A DNA stretch of 33,432 nucleotides from Perkinsus chesapeaki ATCC PRA-425 (Eukaryota; Protista; Perkinsozoa): contig JAAPAO010000393.1 in NCBI GenBank assembly GCA_013115145.1, forward strand, positions 1 through 33,432, given 5' to 3'. Below the pieces are notes generated by a model. The model saw nothing but the letters and a program-made list of their open reading frames with translations, made no database searches and was not told the DNA's origin. This document shows, one piece after another, positions 11,175 to 22,500 of this stretch; position 1 is the first letter of the stretch; each line of letters opens with the position of its first letter. The position numbers and the translations under genes were made by a program.

Positions 11175-12287
11175 ATGGCTTCCCTCGAAACAACCAATCC
11201 CCATTCATCCAGCTTTGTCCCTAAAGTGTATGAAGCACCAAAAGGGGCCTCACCGAAGGAGCAGTCTCTAGCCAAGTGGAAGTAATAGGAGGCTTATAGG
11301 CACCACCACCACCGGCATTCACCTACTTGGACAGGTCAGCCGCTGGGTGCCCCATCTACGAGGATGCGAAGCCTCGGATGACCTTCGAATTTAATAATCA
11401 TGATTTTGTGCTGGCCGATGTCCGTCTGATGCGCGTCCAGGACAGCGACGACGGTGTCCGCTTGGAACTCTTCTATGATGGAGAGATTGCGGATGTTGGT
11501 AGGTCCTAGGTTCGATCCTCGGGTCCGGCAGCATTCTAGGGCAGGCACTGATTTACAGGGGTTCGTAGACGCCATACAGGCTTCGGTGTCGAAGGGATTG
11601 CAGGAGCGGAAAATGCAGAGGTTCCGTCACATGCTGGAGAGGAAGGAAGCTGGTCACAAAGAGGAGTGGGAGAAATATATGAAAGAAGTAAACCCTCGAG
11701 CCCAGTAGCATGCCTATTGCTGATAACAGACTAATGAGAAAGGGGATGTAGAGATCAAAATGGATATCGATTTGAACGGCGCTACATCAGCGGAGGACAC
11801 CTGCTCCCCGTTCCGTGAGGCTGGCTGTGTACTCTCGTTTGTGGTACGATTTACATCTGCAACACTTCGAATACCCACGGATTCAGGCTGTCTCCGTTAC
11901 ACTGTCTCCCGACACTGCTGACCTCCTTGGTGAGATATGCTTCCCCGAGTAAGCTCGACGACTTCACAGATGCTTGCTGTTGATGAATGTTGTCGGACAG
12001 GTACTTCCTTGACAAGGATTGCTCGGAGCGAAAGGCTTTTATGGATAAACAAAACGAGGCGACTCTTCCTTGGTGGGTCTACTTGTTCTTCATCCCCATT
12101 GTAATAACATCGACGCATTCGCCTGGTCAAGTGTCACCGCCGTTGGTAGGTCATCTGCTTCATAGCAGTCGTCTTTGCATGGAGCCGAGTAGCTCAAGTG
12201 TTGTACAGCAAGTACTTCAATGGAGACGTCTCTGGCGATATGGGCACCTCTCCTGCCTTCAACTTCTCCACAGAGGTTGAGTTGTGA
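11175..12287 (+). CDS. Hypothetical single-pass membrane protein (multi-exon)
   Basis: ATG 11175 and a frame-consistent chain of short GT-AG introns give MASLETTNPH..KWKSAAGCPIYEDAKP..EWEKYMKETNEKGDVEIK..LPWWVYLFFIPIVICFIAVVFAW (hydrophobic helix)..NFSTEVEL* (TGA 12285-12287). Some junctions are ambiguous. Confidence 0.65.
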
Positions 12288-12466
12288 TGAGTTCCTCCTA
12301 GTTCCTTAAGTGGCCTATATTCCCACTGTAATTTTGGTGCTTGTAAAGCAGCCTAGCATAAATAGCAACAACCACAGCTGTCCAATTCCACCGTTTCGTG
12401 CTACCCCCGGGCCTAGCGTTCAAGTTACTCACCCGTCGACCACTATAGCCGTCCTCCCTCACTTAA

Positions 12467-14651
12467 ATGTGGCGACAGCATCGGCTCGGATGCCGGCTCG
12501 GATCGAGGCCTTTCCTGCGGACATCAAGTCGGGCATATGGGTATGTGGAGCCCAAGGATCCCACACAACTGGCTGGTACTATCACTGGGGGTTCAGAAGG
12601 CTGTGGTTCAGCGAAGGTGATCAGGTCTTTCTGGACCGTACGTGGCACCACGGACCAATATGACACAGCAGTCGGTGTTGGATACGATGCTACCTAAGGA
12701 GCTTAAAAAGATGGACCTCACACGGTAGCTGTGGGTTAGAATGGTATTAGTCGAACCACTGTTCGATAGGATATATCAAATGATACCACCAGGAGGGATG
12801 TCGGAGTTCTTTCTTAAGCGCTTACATAAGACCATGCGGAAGGGAGGGAATCCAGCCAGGGTAGTACCAGCGGGTAGATGCTGGATAGGCCGTGGATGTG
12901 GCGAAGGTACTTGGCCTGTATAAGCAGTACCAAAAGCGTGAAGACTACCCTTCTATGGAGTTCTTAGTGCGGTAGTGTACAACTGAACCTTATATAGGGT
13001 TAATTCAATGGTGTTAGGTGTATGGTCTGCCTCGGCTACTGCTTTGATTGGCATTCTTTCTGGTCTGTTCGGGATCGCCAAACCTTAACCGCAACCAAAA
13101 TGTTCCGTTTCTTGGCATCAGACCTCGTCAGTGGGGCTGATAAAGTAGCACTATCCGTCTTAAACCCTCGTTATCATATAGCTTCAGATTCGGCCTCGTG
13201 ATCACCTTGGCCTCCTCTATGCCTTAGCTTGCCTCCACTACCGCCCTCCGGCCTTGGTCCCTATACTGTTACAAGGCATAGAGAGTAGCCTATTGGTGTG
13301 TGTAGGGAAAACCGTGTTGGTAGGTAACTATACACAGTACAGGTTAGAAGCACTGGCAAATGCAGCTCACAGCATGGCCGTCCTTGGACTTGGTGATAGC
13401 CAAGGCGAAAACCGCTTCAATTCCTTCAGAGGCGGGGATGACAGAAAACGTACCTTTTAAGCTGGTGTATGGTGAAGTAGGGATGCTCAGATTCAAAGGA
13501 CCTAATGGTGGTCTACGAGTGTTATAATAAGGACTTTACTGGCCTATTAGATAGGGTAATCACGGAGGCCTACGTTCGATACGGTAGCATGCCTGAGGCT
13601 GGCTCCATCCATGACTGGGCGCAGCTCGCCTATGCCATGACGCTTCATGGCTTGTAAGGAAGGCAGCACTTCTAAGGCCTGTATGGTTACATGCGTCGGG
13701 TAGGTACGATCTGAAGGGCCCAGCTGGGGAGCTCGTGCTGCCGGTGTTCCTTGCCAATGCCTGTAGTGGCATAACGAGTGAAAGCATCGCCGAGAATATG
13801 GGTAAGGTACAGAGAGAGACTCCCTATCGGGGACGGGTGCTGTACAGGGTGGGCTGGTTACCACATATACATGACATTGTACTCCTTGGATGTGGAGAAG
13901 CCTGAGGCGGAGATACCTGCGAAGAAGGCAGTTCCTATGGACATACAGCTCAAGCTGCATACTACCTGGCTGAGGAATGTACTGCCATAAGGAGCATTGA
14001 TGGTCGGATGAGTTGAGTTAGATATTATTGCCAGCTCAACCACAGGGATCAGAAAGGCTGCAGCTCGATGTCGATGCAGCATTCAAGCGCACCAACACCC
14101 AGGCCCTCATCAACTGCAGTGTCGGGCGCCCAGGTGACGCAACTCTCTTCGGGAATGGTGAAAGATGACCGACCTTAGATGACGAGCAGCACACTATATT
14201 TGCCGGACATAAACTGAATCCAGGCATCGCATTCGAATACGACTACCTGCATCCTATAGCACCGGACACTCCTAAGGTTGGCGTGGTGTAGTGAGGCTGT
14301 TGATTGTTGCAGAACAGGTGTCGGGTGTGGTGGCCCACAAGCTTAGGCTTATGCGACATTTCGGCATCTACTCTGTTGTGGTCCATGATTGCTTTTGGAG
14401 CAAGCTGACAGATGATCAGAAGGACGAACAAGTTGTGGTGCTGCGGACGAAATTAGGGTAGGTCGCATGGTGTAAGATGTAGTTAAAATATTATTAATGT
14501 TAGATACATCCACGACAAGGCAATGGAGGATAGCGCCATAAGAGACCATCGACAGTCCCATCATCGACCATCTCCACCTAATACTGGCCTTTCTTATTCT
14601 AGTGACATTCATCCTGTACCAGAGATGCAACGTGCTACTGCTAAGAAATGA
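12467..14651 (+). CDS. RAP-domain helical-repeat RNA-binding protein, probably mitochondrial
   Basis: N-terminus MWRQHRLGCRLGSRPFLRTSSRAYG is Arg-rich with no acidic residues. Helical repeats: LEALANAAHSMAVLG, DWAQLAYAMTLHG, HLGLLYALACL. RAP-like C-terminus: SERLQLDVDAAF..GIAFEYD..KLRLMRHFGIYSVVVHDCFWSKL. Stop TGA 14649-14651. Several internal junctions are inferred. Confidence 0.75.
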
Positions 14652-14971
14652 GGCATGTTTTTGAAGTGATGTGTTTCTGGCAAGTATCTGCTTGAGTGCC
14701 GTACTAGTGTGCGATAGCATGGGGGCTCATAGAGGAACATCTGATGTTCCCAGGAAGAATGCGTTCGATGTTTTCTGCCTGTTTCTAGGAACACCTCTTC
14801 TGTCGAATTCTTCTTGTACTATTTTCGCGTTAGGAACAGTTTTTGACCCTCGAGGAATGAATTTCTGTGAGGCTGGAAGACTTGCTGGATGCCAGCGGAC
14901 AGGTTTTCCGACTGTAATGATTCTTTCGCAACCGTATGTGTAAAAGCAGGGATAACGGCTTTCAAGTTCAA

Positions 14972-15043
14972 GTCGCTATCGTCTAGTGGTTAGGACGTCA
15001 CGTTGTGGCCGTGACAACCCCGGTTCAAATCCGGGTAGCGACT
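14972..15043 (+). tRNA. tRNA-His: tRNA-His, anticodon GUG
   Basis: Full cloverleaf: acceptor GTCGCTA/TAGCGAC, D arm GTCT-AGTGGTT-AGGAC, anticodon arm TCACG-TTGTGGC-CGTGA, T arm CCCGG-TTCAAAT-CCGGG. Discriminator is T (15043). Confidence 0.97.
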
Positions 15044-15061
15044 TCTTCGAAAACTCTCAAC

Positions 15062-15665
15062 TCAACTATATCTCAGCCATAGTATGACTTCTTCTGCTTC
15101 GCTCCACTCATCCCAATCATTCACTTTTCCACCCTCTGCCCCTCCATCAAAGGAGACCTCAATGTCATACACGAATTCAGGGTCATCTGGTCGAACCTGA
15201 CAAAACAGACATGGCCAGTTCACGGACTCGTGACGCCTAACCTGATTCTGCTTAAAAGTAACTTCCATCTGCGCCTTAACTTTTTGTAGTTTATCATCTC
15301 CGAGTTTATTCAGGTCTCTCTCCTCTGATTCTATCTGTTGCTCTTTCCCGCTTCGAGGAGCTCCATCTCTCAACCTTCTCACCAATCCAAGCAACTATCA
15401 CACCGAAATCGAATACTGTTACGCAACAATTTACCTGCTCATCAGATATCAGGTGTCGCGGTAGATAGTCTCGGAACCGCTTCCTCAATCTCTGAACTAT
15501 TTCTTCGGGATCAGACTGGGCATCAAGCCTCGGCAGAGGCATCCGCCTGTGATACAATTTCCCGTTCAATTTAGCGAACTCGAGGACGAGTGTAGGAGTC
15601 GGTGTGTAGAGTAAACCGATTCGTCTCGGCCTTATTGGGGACTCGTCATCTCCATACGAGGTCAT
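15062..15665 (-). CDS. CEP19: CEP19-like centrosomal/ciliary protein (3 exons)
   Basis: N-terminal RRIGLLYTPTPTLVLEF..KLYHRRMPL and C-terminal DLNKLGDDKLQKVKAQMEVTFKQNQVRPDDPEFVYDIEVSF..DWDE match the conserved CEP19 blocks (DLNKL.D..L...K..MD..F..N....DP.FVYD.EV.F). Confidence 0.85.
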
Positions 15666-15780
15666 GTTTCGGACAGGTGGGACCCGAATGGCAATTTGTG
15701 CTTAGCGGAAAGATCGTCCGAGTGGTGAATTCTTGATACAGCTGAGAATTGACCAACTCAACGAAAAGTGGCAGTAGACA

Positions 15781-18700
15781 CTAGTGTTGATAAAGCTTTC
15801 GCTCTCGTATAAAATCAAGTAGCTGAGGGTTCATACCAGTCACCCCTCCTTCCGGCGCCGCAGCTATGGCAGATCTTATCCGAGTTGAAGACAACGCTGG
15901 GTAAGGATCTGAATAGTCTTCCGCCACCGACACCTATAAAGGTCAACAATTCGCAAAGGGCAAGGGAAAGCTTCACCTACTTTTCGACGGATTCTTGGAG
16001 GAACCTCTTCAACAGCAGCCTTTAGGGGTTCGGTGTTCTGTGACCTCGGGAACACCAGAATGCTGGTGTCAAGATCGGCAAGCCCAATGAAATGGCGTGT
16101 GGTCTTATCTCGTGTACTCCCCTTTAAAGCCTTCATGAAGGAATCCTCTCCGCATAATATCATCGGCACAAGTATGTCAGTGGTCTTGGCAGCCATATCC
16201 CCGACAAGGGCATGCGCCAAGGCCTCTCGGTCGGCCCAGCGTTGGCTGTTCCTCGAGTAACCTGACGCGACTGACACTCTATCGCCTACGTCTGAGGCGA
16301 TGACGCGTTCTCGAAGCAGTTCCTGTCGGGTGGCAAGGGCGGAGGCTTTCGGCTTGGAAGGGTTGTTCTCAGCATTCGCAACCAGTATGACAGAAGACAC
16401 CAGACCATTAGACAACGCGTGCTCGACGACTGCCCAGTGGTTCTCGTGGATCGGGTCGAAGGTGCCGAAGAAGACGCCGACAAAGGTTGTTTTAGCGTTC
16501 TCGAAGGTGAACCGCTTCAATCCTTGCTCGGCAAGGTACCCCAAGGCCACCGTACGGGAAGTAGCCTCGATTGGCGATGTGAGCCAATACCTGAGTGAAG
16601 GTGAGGGACGCGCATAGATGGGGGATGCCTACCTGGCCTGGTTTCTAAGGCAGGTCTCGTTGACATCCCCGAGCCACTGACGAAACGTGGAGTACCTTAG
16701 GAGATTAATTCTGGATCGTCAGAAGACGGGTCAGAAGTTCGGTATTACAGTGTGCAAGTCATCGGGGCCAATGGCGTGGAAACATCCCCAGCGGCCAGGC
16801 TATCCCGCAGAGCCCTCAAGCTCGACTTTGCTCGACCGCCGGTGAGCCGACCGATACACACAAGCCAGCTGCTGCTCCTCAGTACAGAGGTATCTGACGC
16901 GGGAGCAAGAGTTCTGCTCCACAGGATCTTCCCCGATTCCTCACCTGAAGACGGCTGGACAAGTTTCACCTTGTGGAATAACTGACCAAGGCGAAACACT
17001 ACACTGCCGACCCACACGGCCACCACTGGGGCGGCCCCAATCTCTAGCAACAGTACGCTCGAGTGGTCCATGGCAAGAGCTTCAATGCCTTCAATTGCCG
17101 ACTCCAGCAACACTTTCCGGGCCGCGGGATCGAACTGACTATAAAACGGATCGACAAAGATCGTCGGATCGCGCAACGCCCTCACGCTGACGTGAGCAGT
17201 GCCAGCTGCGGGAGCGGGGTGGGATGCAGAGTCCCAAGTAGAGACATGGTCCGGATCGATGCCCACATGTTCTCTGAGGAGTTCCGACACTGTCGTTCGC
17301 CTGCATTCCTCCAAAGTTAGAGAGCACGTCACGGCGTCACCAATCGCTCTTGGCGGGATCGTTGGAAACTTATCGAACCGTATAAGCCTCTTTCGGACGA
17401 GATCTTTAAGCTCTTTTGCATTCCAAACCAGAGGACTGTAGACCACTGAGCTTGACGTGGGAATCTTGCGGTTGTTGTGGGAATCGAAGCCCGTCATCCT
17501 CCTGTAGGCCCCTGGGCAATCAGAGATCTGTTGTGTTGTCAGAATCAGCTCAGGCCACTCTGTAGAGGGTGAAACAGTGGGCCGTGGAGCTCCAGTGGAC
17601 CGTTCGTCCACGCTGGTCAAGGTGAAAGCAGCGCCGCTCGGTAGTTTTTTTCGGAGACCCACAAGGGCCACGTCCTCGTCATGAGCATGAACCCTATCAG
17701 TAACGGTGCCACGACTGACCCTCCTGCTGTCCACACCTCCAAGTCGACCAGCAGTGTCGGACGACAACAGGGGCTTCACCGATCTCAGGTCACACTTGTC
17801 CGGTAGGAGCTTAGAGACGTACTCGGCGATGGAACTCGAGGATGTCTTCCGTCTCTTCGTGTAGGGATGAGGGTCCGAGTCCTCGACATCTCGCCACCTC
17901 GCCAACTTGCCTTCAATCGCCGATGCCTGCCGACTTGCCAGCGATACCGCAGCCTGCTGGGCCGCAACGATAAACTCACCAAGACCTTTACCAGGGCAAG
18001 ACGGAAGCTGGAGCTCCCTCGTGGGGTCTGGACACGCTGGATATGCGAGCGTGAGTCACGTGGCCGTACCTTGAAGACCAAGGAAACCCTTTAGCCATTT
18101 CGCATCATCTTTGGCCAGGCCACGGAAGCCCAGACAAACCCAGTACCTATGGACACAACATTGCCAACTAAACAGCGACAGAGCCCCTACGTCTCACTGT
18201 TAGCAGGCTTGCTTGCCGCTGGCTTCACTATCTCGATCTTGTCGAACATGGAGCCAGCCAAACACAGTGCAGCAACAGTAGAGTCATCAAGGAGGGAATA
18301 CGCCTTCATAACACAGGAGCCACCGGCACCCAGCAGTCCAATGGCCAGAATAAGTTCTCGAACAATAAGGGGAAGGCAGAGACTCTCTTGCCTATACTAT
18401 TAGTTGATTCAAAGAGTCTGCTTCGCCAAAGGCCTACTTATTAGGGGCATACTGTACGTCCATGCTACCATCAGCCGTAACCAGTTGACACTTTCCTTCA
18501 GGTGCCCTACAACTATACCTGGACATCACTATTGGCTACTCGGATGGTTGAGAGGGAAATCTCACCATCTCCACAAGTCTTGGGCAGCACCTGCTTGGAG
18601 AATATTTCCGGAACCATCTGGGCCCGTCCACCTGAGGGAAGTGATAAGCCTGATGGAGACCAAAGTCTACCAGCGGTCCTGTGTCCTGCGATATAAGGCG

Positions 18701-19305
18701 TCATCGTCGACCATTTGCTCGAGGTCGTTCCCCTCATAGTAAGGGTTCAACGAGGCTCCCATCCACTTCCAGTCAGCCCTCGGTCTCGTAAGGGCTGAGC
18801 AAATCACCTTCACAAGCTACGCAGCGGTGATTACACAGATAAACGTTGAGAGCTGCGACGAAGCCGCCAGGGCACTCGCAGAGGTGCATGGTCCGGAGGG
18901 TGGCGGAATCTTGCTCTTCAGGACCAAGAAGCGATGGCCCGAATGTCGACAGTACTTCATAAAACTTAGCCCAAGCATTGTTGATCAGTGGCGCGTCCAC
19001 ACCAACTCGAGAACGTATCTGATACCGGTAAGGCAATCTGTATGAACATGTCGGCCTACTACCTCTTTGGTGAGGCCGTCAAGAGCATTATGGTGCTTAG
19101 AGAAGGCCCGCCACTCAGAGATGTCAACAGTGTCTATTTCATCCCTTGCTTTATTGAGGCGGAAACGGGCCTTCTCGACCGCATCATCTGCCGAACTCTT
19201 CCCCATCTTTTGTGAAGGTGCTTGCAGCAGCCCTCCTAACAAGCTCGAATCGTGCGGTAAATTGGGCAAGGGCAGTCGGAGGATCTCAACAGTTGGTTCG
19301 GCCAT
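15781..19305 (-). CDS. CMTR2: Cap-specific 2'-O-ribose methyltransferase (CMTR2-like; active plus degenerate RFM domain) fused to a C-terminal NadD/NMNAT-like HIGH-family nucleotidyltransferase domain
   Basis: Exons from ATG 19305 give CMTR2 motifs: NNAWAKFYE, MHLCECPGGF, WKWMGASLNPYYEGND, GPDGSGNI, LVTADGSMD, GSCVMKAY, KPAASKPANSETYWVCLGF (intact K-D-K-E). A second RFM-like segment follows (FRLGQLFHKVKLVQP..SWLVCIG). Introns 16696-16748, 16591-16632 and 15934-15980 then lead in frame to FFGTFDPIHENH..NPSKP..LCGEDSF..VFPR..LSSTRIR..FIRERKLY* (TAG 15781-15783). Confidence 0.8.
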
Positions 19306-19561
19306 TGAGGATACCGGGAGAAATTACTGGATGGTGACTCCTTCACGAACTGCTCTTCTAAATCATATACACGACGATTTTCCAGCTTGGTATATTGGAT
19401 GCCCATACTTATCAAAACCACCAAGATCTCCGCGGAGCCCTGACTCAACTCCCAACATGTCTTCATGAAAACTAATACCGAGTAGCAGGAAAGTATCACC
19501 ATTATAAACGCCATGCGGTAAGCTGGCAAGTCCCGTCACGCCGGATCATGGGAATAACAAA

Positions 19562-22500
19562 TCAATCGGCCGCAATCTCATAGCCGATAGTCGAAGACCC
19601 GAGCCATCGCTCTGACTCTGCCACTGAGCAGTCACGTCGTGCGGAGTAGTCCGCCACTTGGTCCTTATTTATCTGTCCAACTGCGAAGTACTTTGCCTGA
19701 ACGAAGTATGTAAAGCGGAGGCCGCAAGTACTCACTTTTCCGTGGGCAAAACAGAGGGCGCACACGCTGGCTGCCGGTTGCATCATCAAAGATTCTGTTA
19801 AGACCATTTTACCCTGAATAAAAGTGTATCCTCGCCAACTTGGCATCGACCTTACTCCAGAGAGGCTCTCCGCATCCAGTAGCCTCCAAAGGGTTTCCTT
19901 CTCTCGGTGATCCGGTTGAGTTGGGTAGCCCGGGGCTGGCCGGATCCCAACGTATTTCACCTAACCGCGAAGATGCCACCAACATAGAGCACCTGGGCTC
20001 GACCTTAAGCATGTCCGAGAGCGATAGGTCCTCCTCTGGTACATAACCCCAAAACTGTGGGTCAGTACGTATCTTGTGATGAATGAGCTCCGCGAAAGCC
20101 TCTGCCAGGCGGTCAGCCAAGGCCTCCAGCATAATGGACTTATCTATGTCATTAGTAGCATCATAAACCTATTGTACCATGGAGAGCTTGAACGACGTTA
20201 AGATATACGCTCACTTTCTTCCGCTCCGCTACACCAACGCCTGCTTGACAGCAAAACATGGCGATGTGATCTGGCAGACCGGAGGACTCTGGGGCTACGA
20301 AATCACCTACAGTGCAACCGACTGTTAAGTGAGACCTGCGGATGAGCTAACCAAGAGCGAAGGTCTGATCCTGCTCGGTGTCCAGCTGCTGGCGAAGGCC
20401 ATAAAATGTCTCGATAAGATCACCTTCCTCGGAGAGGACCTACGAGGATCTCGCGCCGCTATCTGTTGTAATACTAGTTAGCTACTACCTTAACATCATC
20501 TCCAGACCCACATGCACGGTACACCCCAACAACTGCCGTAGCGCATATCCACTTCTCTCGAATAACCGTAGCGAGCAATTCCTAAGTGTACAGTTTAAAG
20601 AGGCGGTGCTCATCACCTCTACCTGGGCTTCCTCAAAGAGCTGCTTAGCCTCCTCACCAACCCTTTTATCGTCGAATATCTTCGGGTAGTCTTTATTAGG
20701 GTACCGTCCACGCAGCTGATATACCTGTTCAACCACAGCAGTAGGTAGAACAAGAAGCAGTGTAAGTCTTATGAAAACATAGTGAAGGCCTGCTAGGAAC
20801 ACTTGGGCACGCCGTTGTGCGGTCAAGTTACGGTTACGTCGTCCAATATATCTATGAACCCTGACCTGGAAGAATGGTGTCCAGTCTATATATTGGCTGA
20901 TCTCCTCCAGTGAGTAGTTGTCCAGGTATGTGTTACCAACCCTTCTAGGCGCTGGGGCTGGAGGATACTTTGCAAAGTCGATAGTGTACCTGAGAAAGAT
21001 GCCTACCTACGTCGCTCAATGGTATTAATGTAGGAACCCATAAAGGCTATTAGCTACCTCATCTTCCTAGCCTCATGTATAGGAAGCCATCTCTTATCAA
21101 CAAGTGTACTATAATAGTCCTCCCTCAAGGCATCATACTCCTCCTTTATATCCTCCATATACTCTATCTGACAACACGACAACCAATAAGCGCTACTGCA
21201 TTATGAGGGCCATGCCCTCCCAAGGTGGTTTCCCTCCCTTACGGCTAGTCTCCGTTTCCCTCAAAAGTACTAGGTGTTATGTAATTACTTACAGATCAAT
21301 ATTCTACATCTGCGCATCCCTCGCCCGGCCTACCCGCCGCTCAGGGTTCTGTATCAAGCTATTAACAACAACCACACTCCTACTGGCGTCCAGTACATGG
21401 ACCACTCCTCCTACAGGCACCACTCCCTAAAACACCACACAGTTGAAGGCAGCCTAACTCCTCGGAGGACCTTCTCTCCCGACCGCTCGCTCGCTTCGTA
21501 CTGCGGCCATATCTTCACTGCTGTGTGCTTACGGCTGGTCGTAGCACCTCCGATGAGCAAGGGGATCTGCATGCCCTCTTTTCGCATTTGCTGGGCTACG
21601 AATCTGCCATCGCATAACTGGGGATAGGCCATGCCCACCGCTGCTCGCTCCTACACCATCTCATCAAGACTAGGCGTAATTAAGCCGCTGAGACCAACCA
21701 CGTCAGCCTTCTCCTCCTGGGCTTTCTTAAGTATTTGGTCACATGGCACCATAACACCCATATCGATAACCTAACAAAAAACAATTACCTCCGTAATGTC
21801 CATCTTGATCAAGATATCCGATGGACCTTCCAGCATATCGACAAGGTAAGCATACAGAAGAACTCCAATTATTGATGATGCAGAGCAATGAGCAATCAAA
21901 CTTGACCTATTCGGTGTTGTTCCGCATTACCAATGACGAAGTGTATAATGTAGCCTTGTCGTCATCCTCCGACCCCAAATGCAGAGGATGCCTTCAAACC
22001 CCTTACCCTGAAGTTGTTGCAGCCAAGGACCACTCCAACGATATTCTTACCAATATCATGCACATCACCTAACATCATACACCATAAACCATCTCCCTGG
22101 TATATAGTATCTTACCCTTTACAGTTGCCAAAAGTACCGTACCATTCCAGTTGGGACGGTCGGGGTCCAGACCCTCCTCTAGGGCCTTACGTCTGTTCTC
22201 AGTTTCCATTATCGGTACTAAGTGCGCTACGGCTTTCTTCATCACCCTAGCAGACTTGATGACCTGAACACGACTGTTATGCTGATGATGCTGCTCGAGC
22301 CGCCACACCTCACCTGTGGGAGGAACATTTTTCCTGAACCAAAGAGATCACCAACCACTGACATCCCAGCCATTAGAGGACCCTCGATAACCTGAAAGCA
22401 TAGTACAAGCCAATAACAACAACCCGCTGCTGTTCCTGGCAGAGCCGCACAGCCCTCGGCAGCCAGAAGGCGTTATTACCTCCAAGGGCCGAAGTTGAAG

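Noticed and set aside
10990-11208. Minus ORF with zinc-finger-like spacing (CYCC..HFKCKEH)
   Set aside because: It overlaps the start of the better-supported plus gene at 11175, lies in AT-rich presumed UTR, and no convincing exon chain links it to a gene.
12998-13088. Apparent separate small gene ending in a hydrophobic tail (..GLFGIAKP*)
   Set aside because: An in-frame GT-AG intron (TTA G|gtgtat..catcag|AC CTC) skips it and joins the region into one RAP gene. It remains a possible alternative isoform but is unsupported.
16745-17150. Segment first read as a type I phosphoribosyltransferase domain (..WLVCIGRLTGG..)
   Set aside because: It lacks the acidic DD PRPP motif. FRLGQLFHKVKLVQP..SWLVCIG parallels the first methyltransferase domain (AGSMFDKIEIVKP..YWVCLG), so it fits the degenerate second RFM domain of CMTR2 better.
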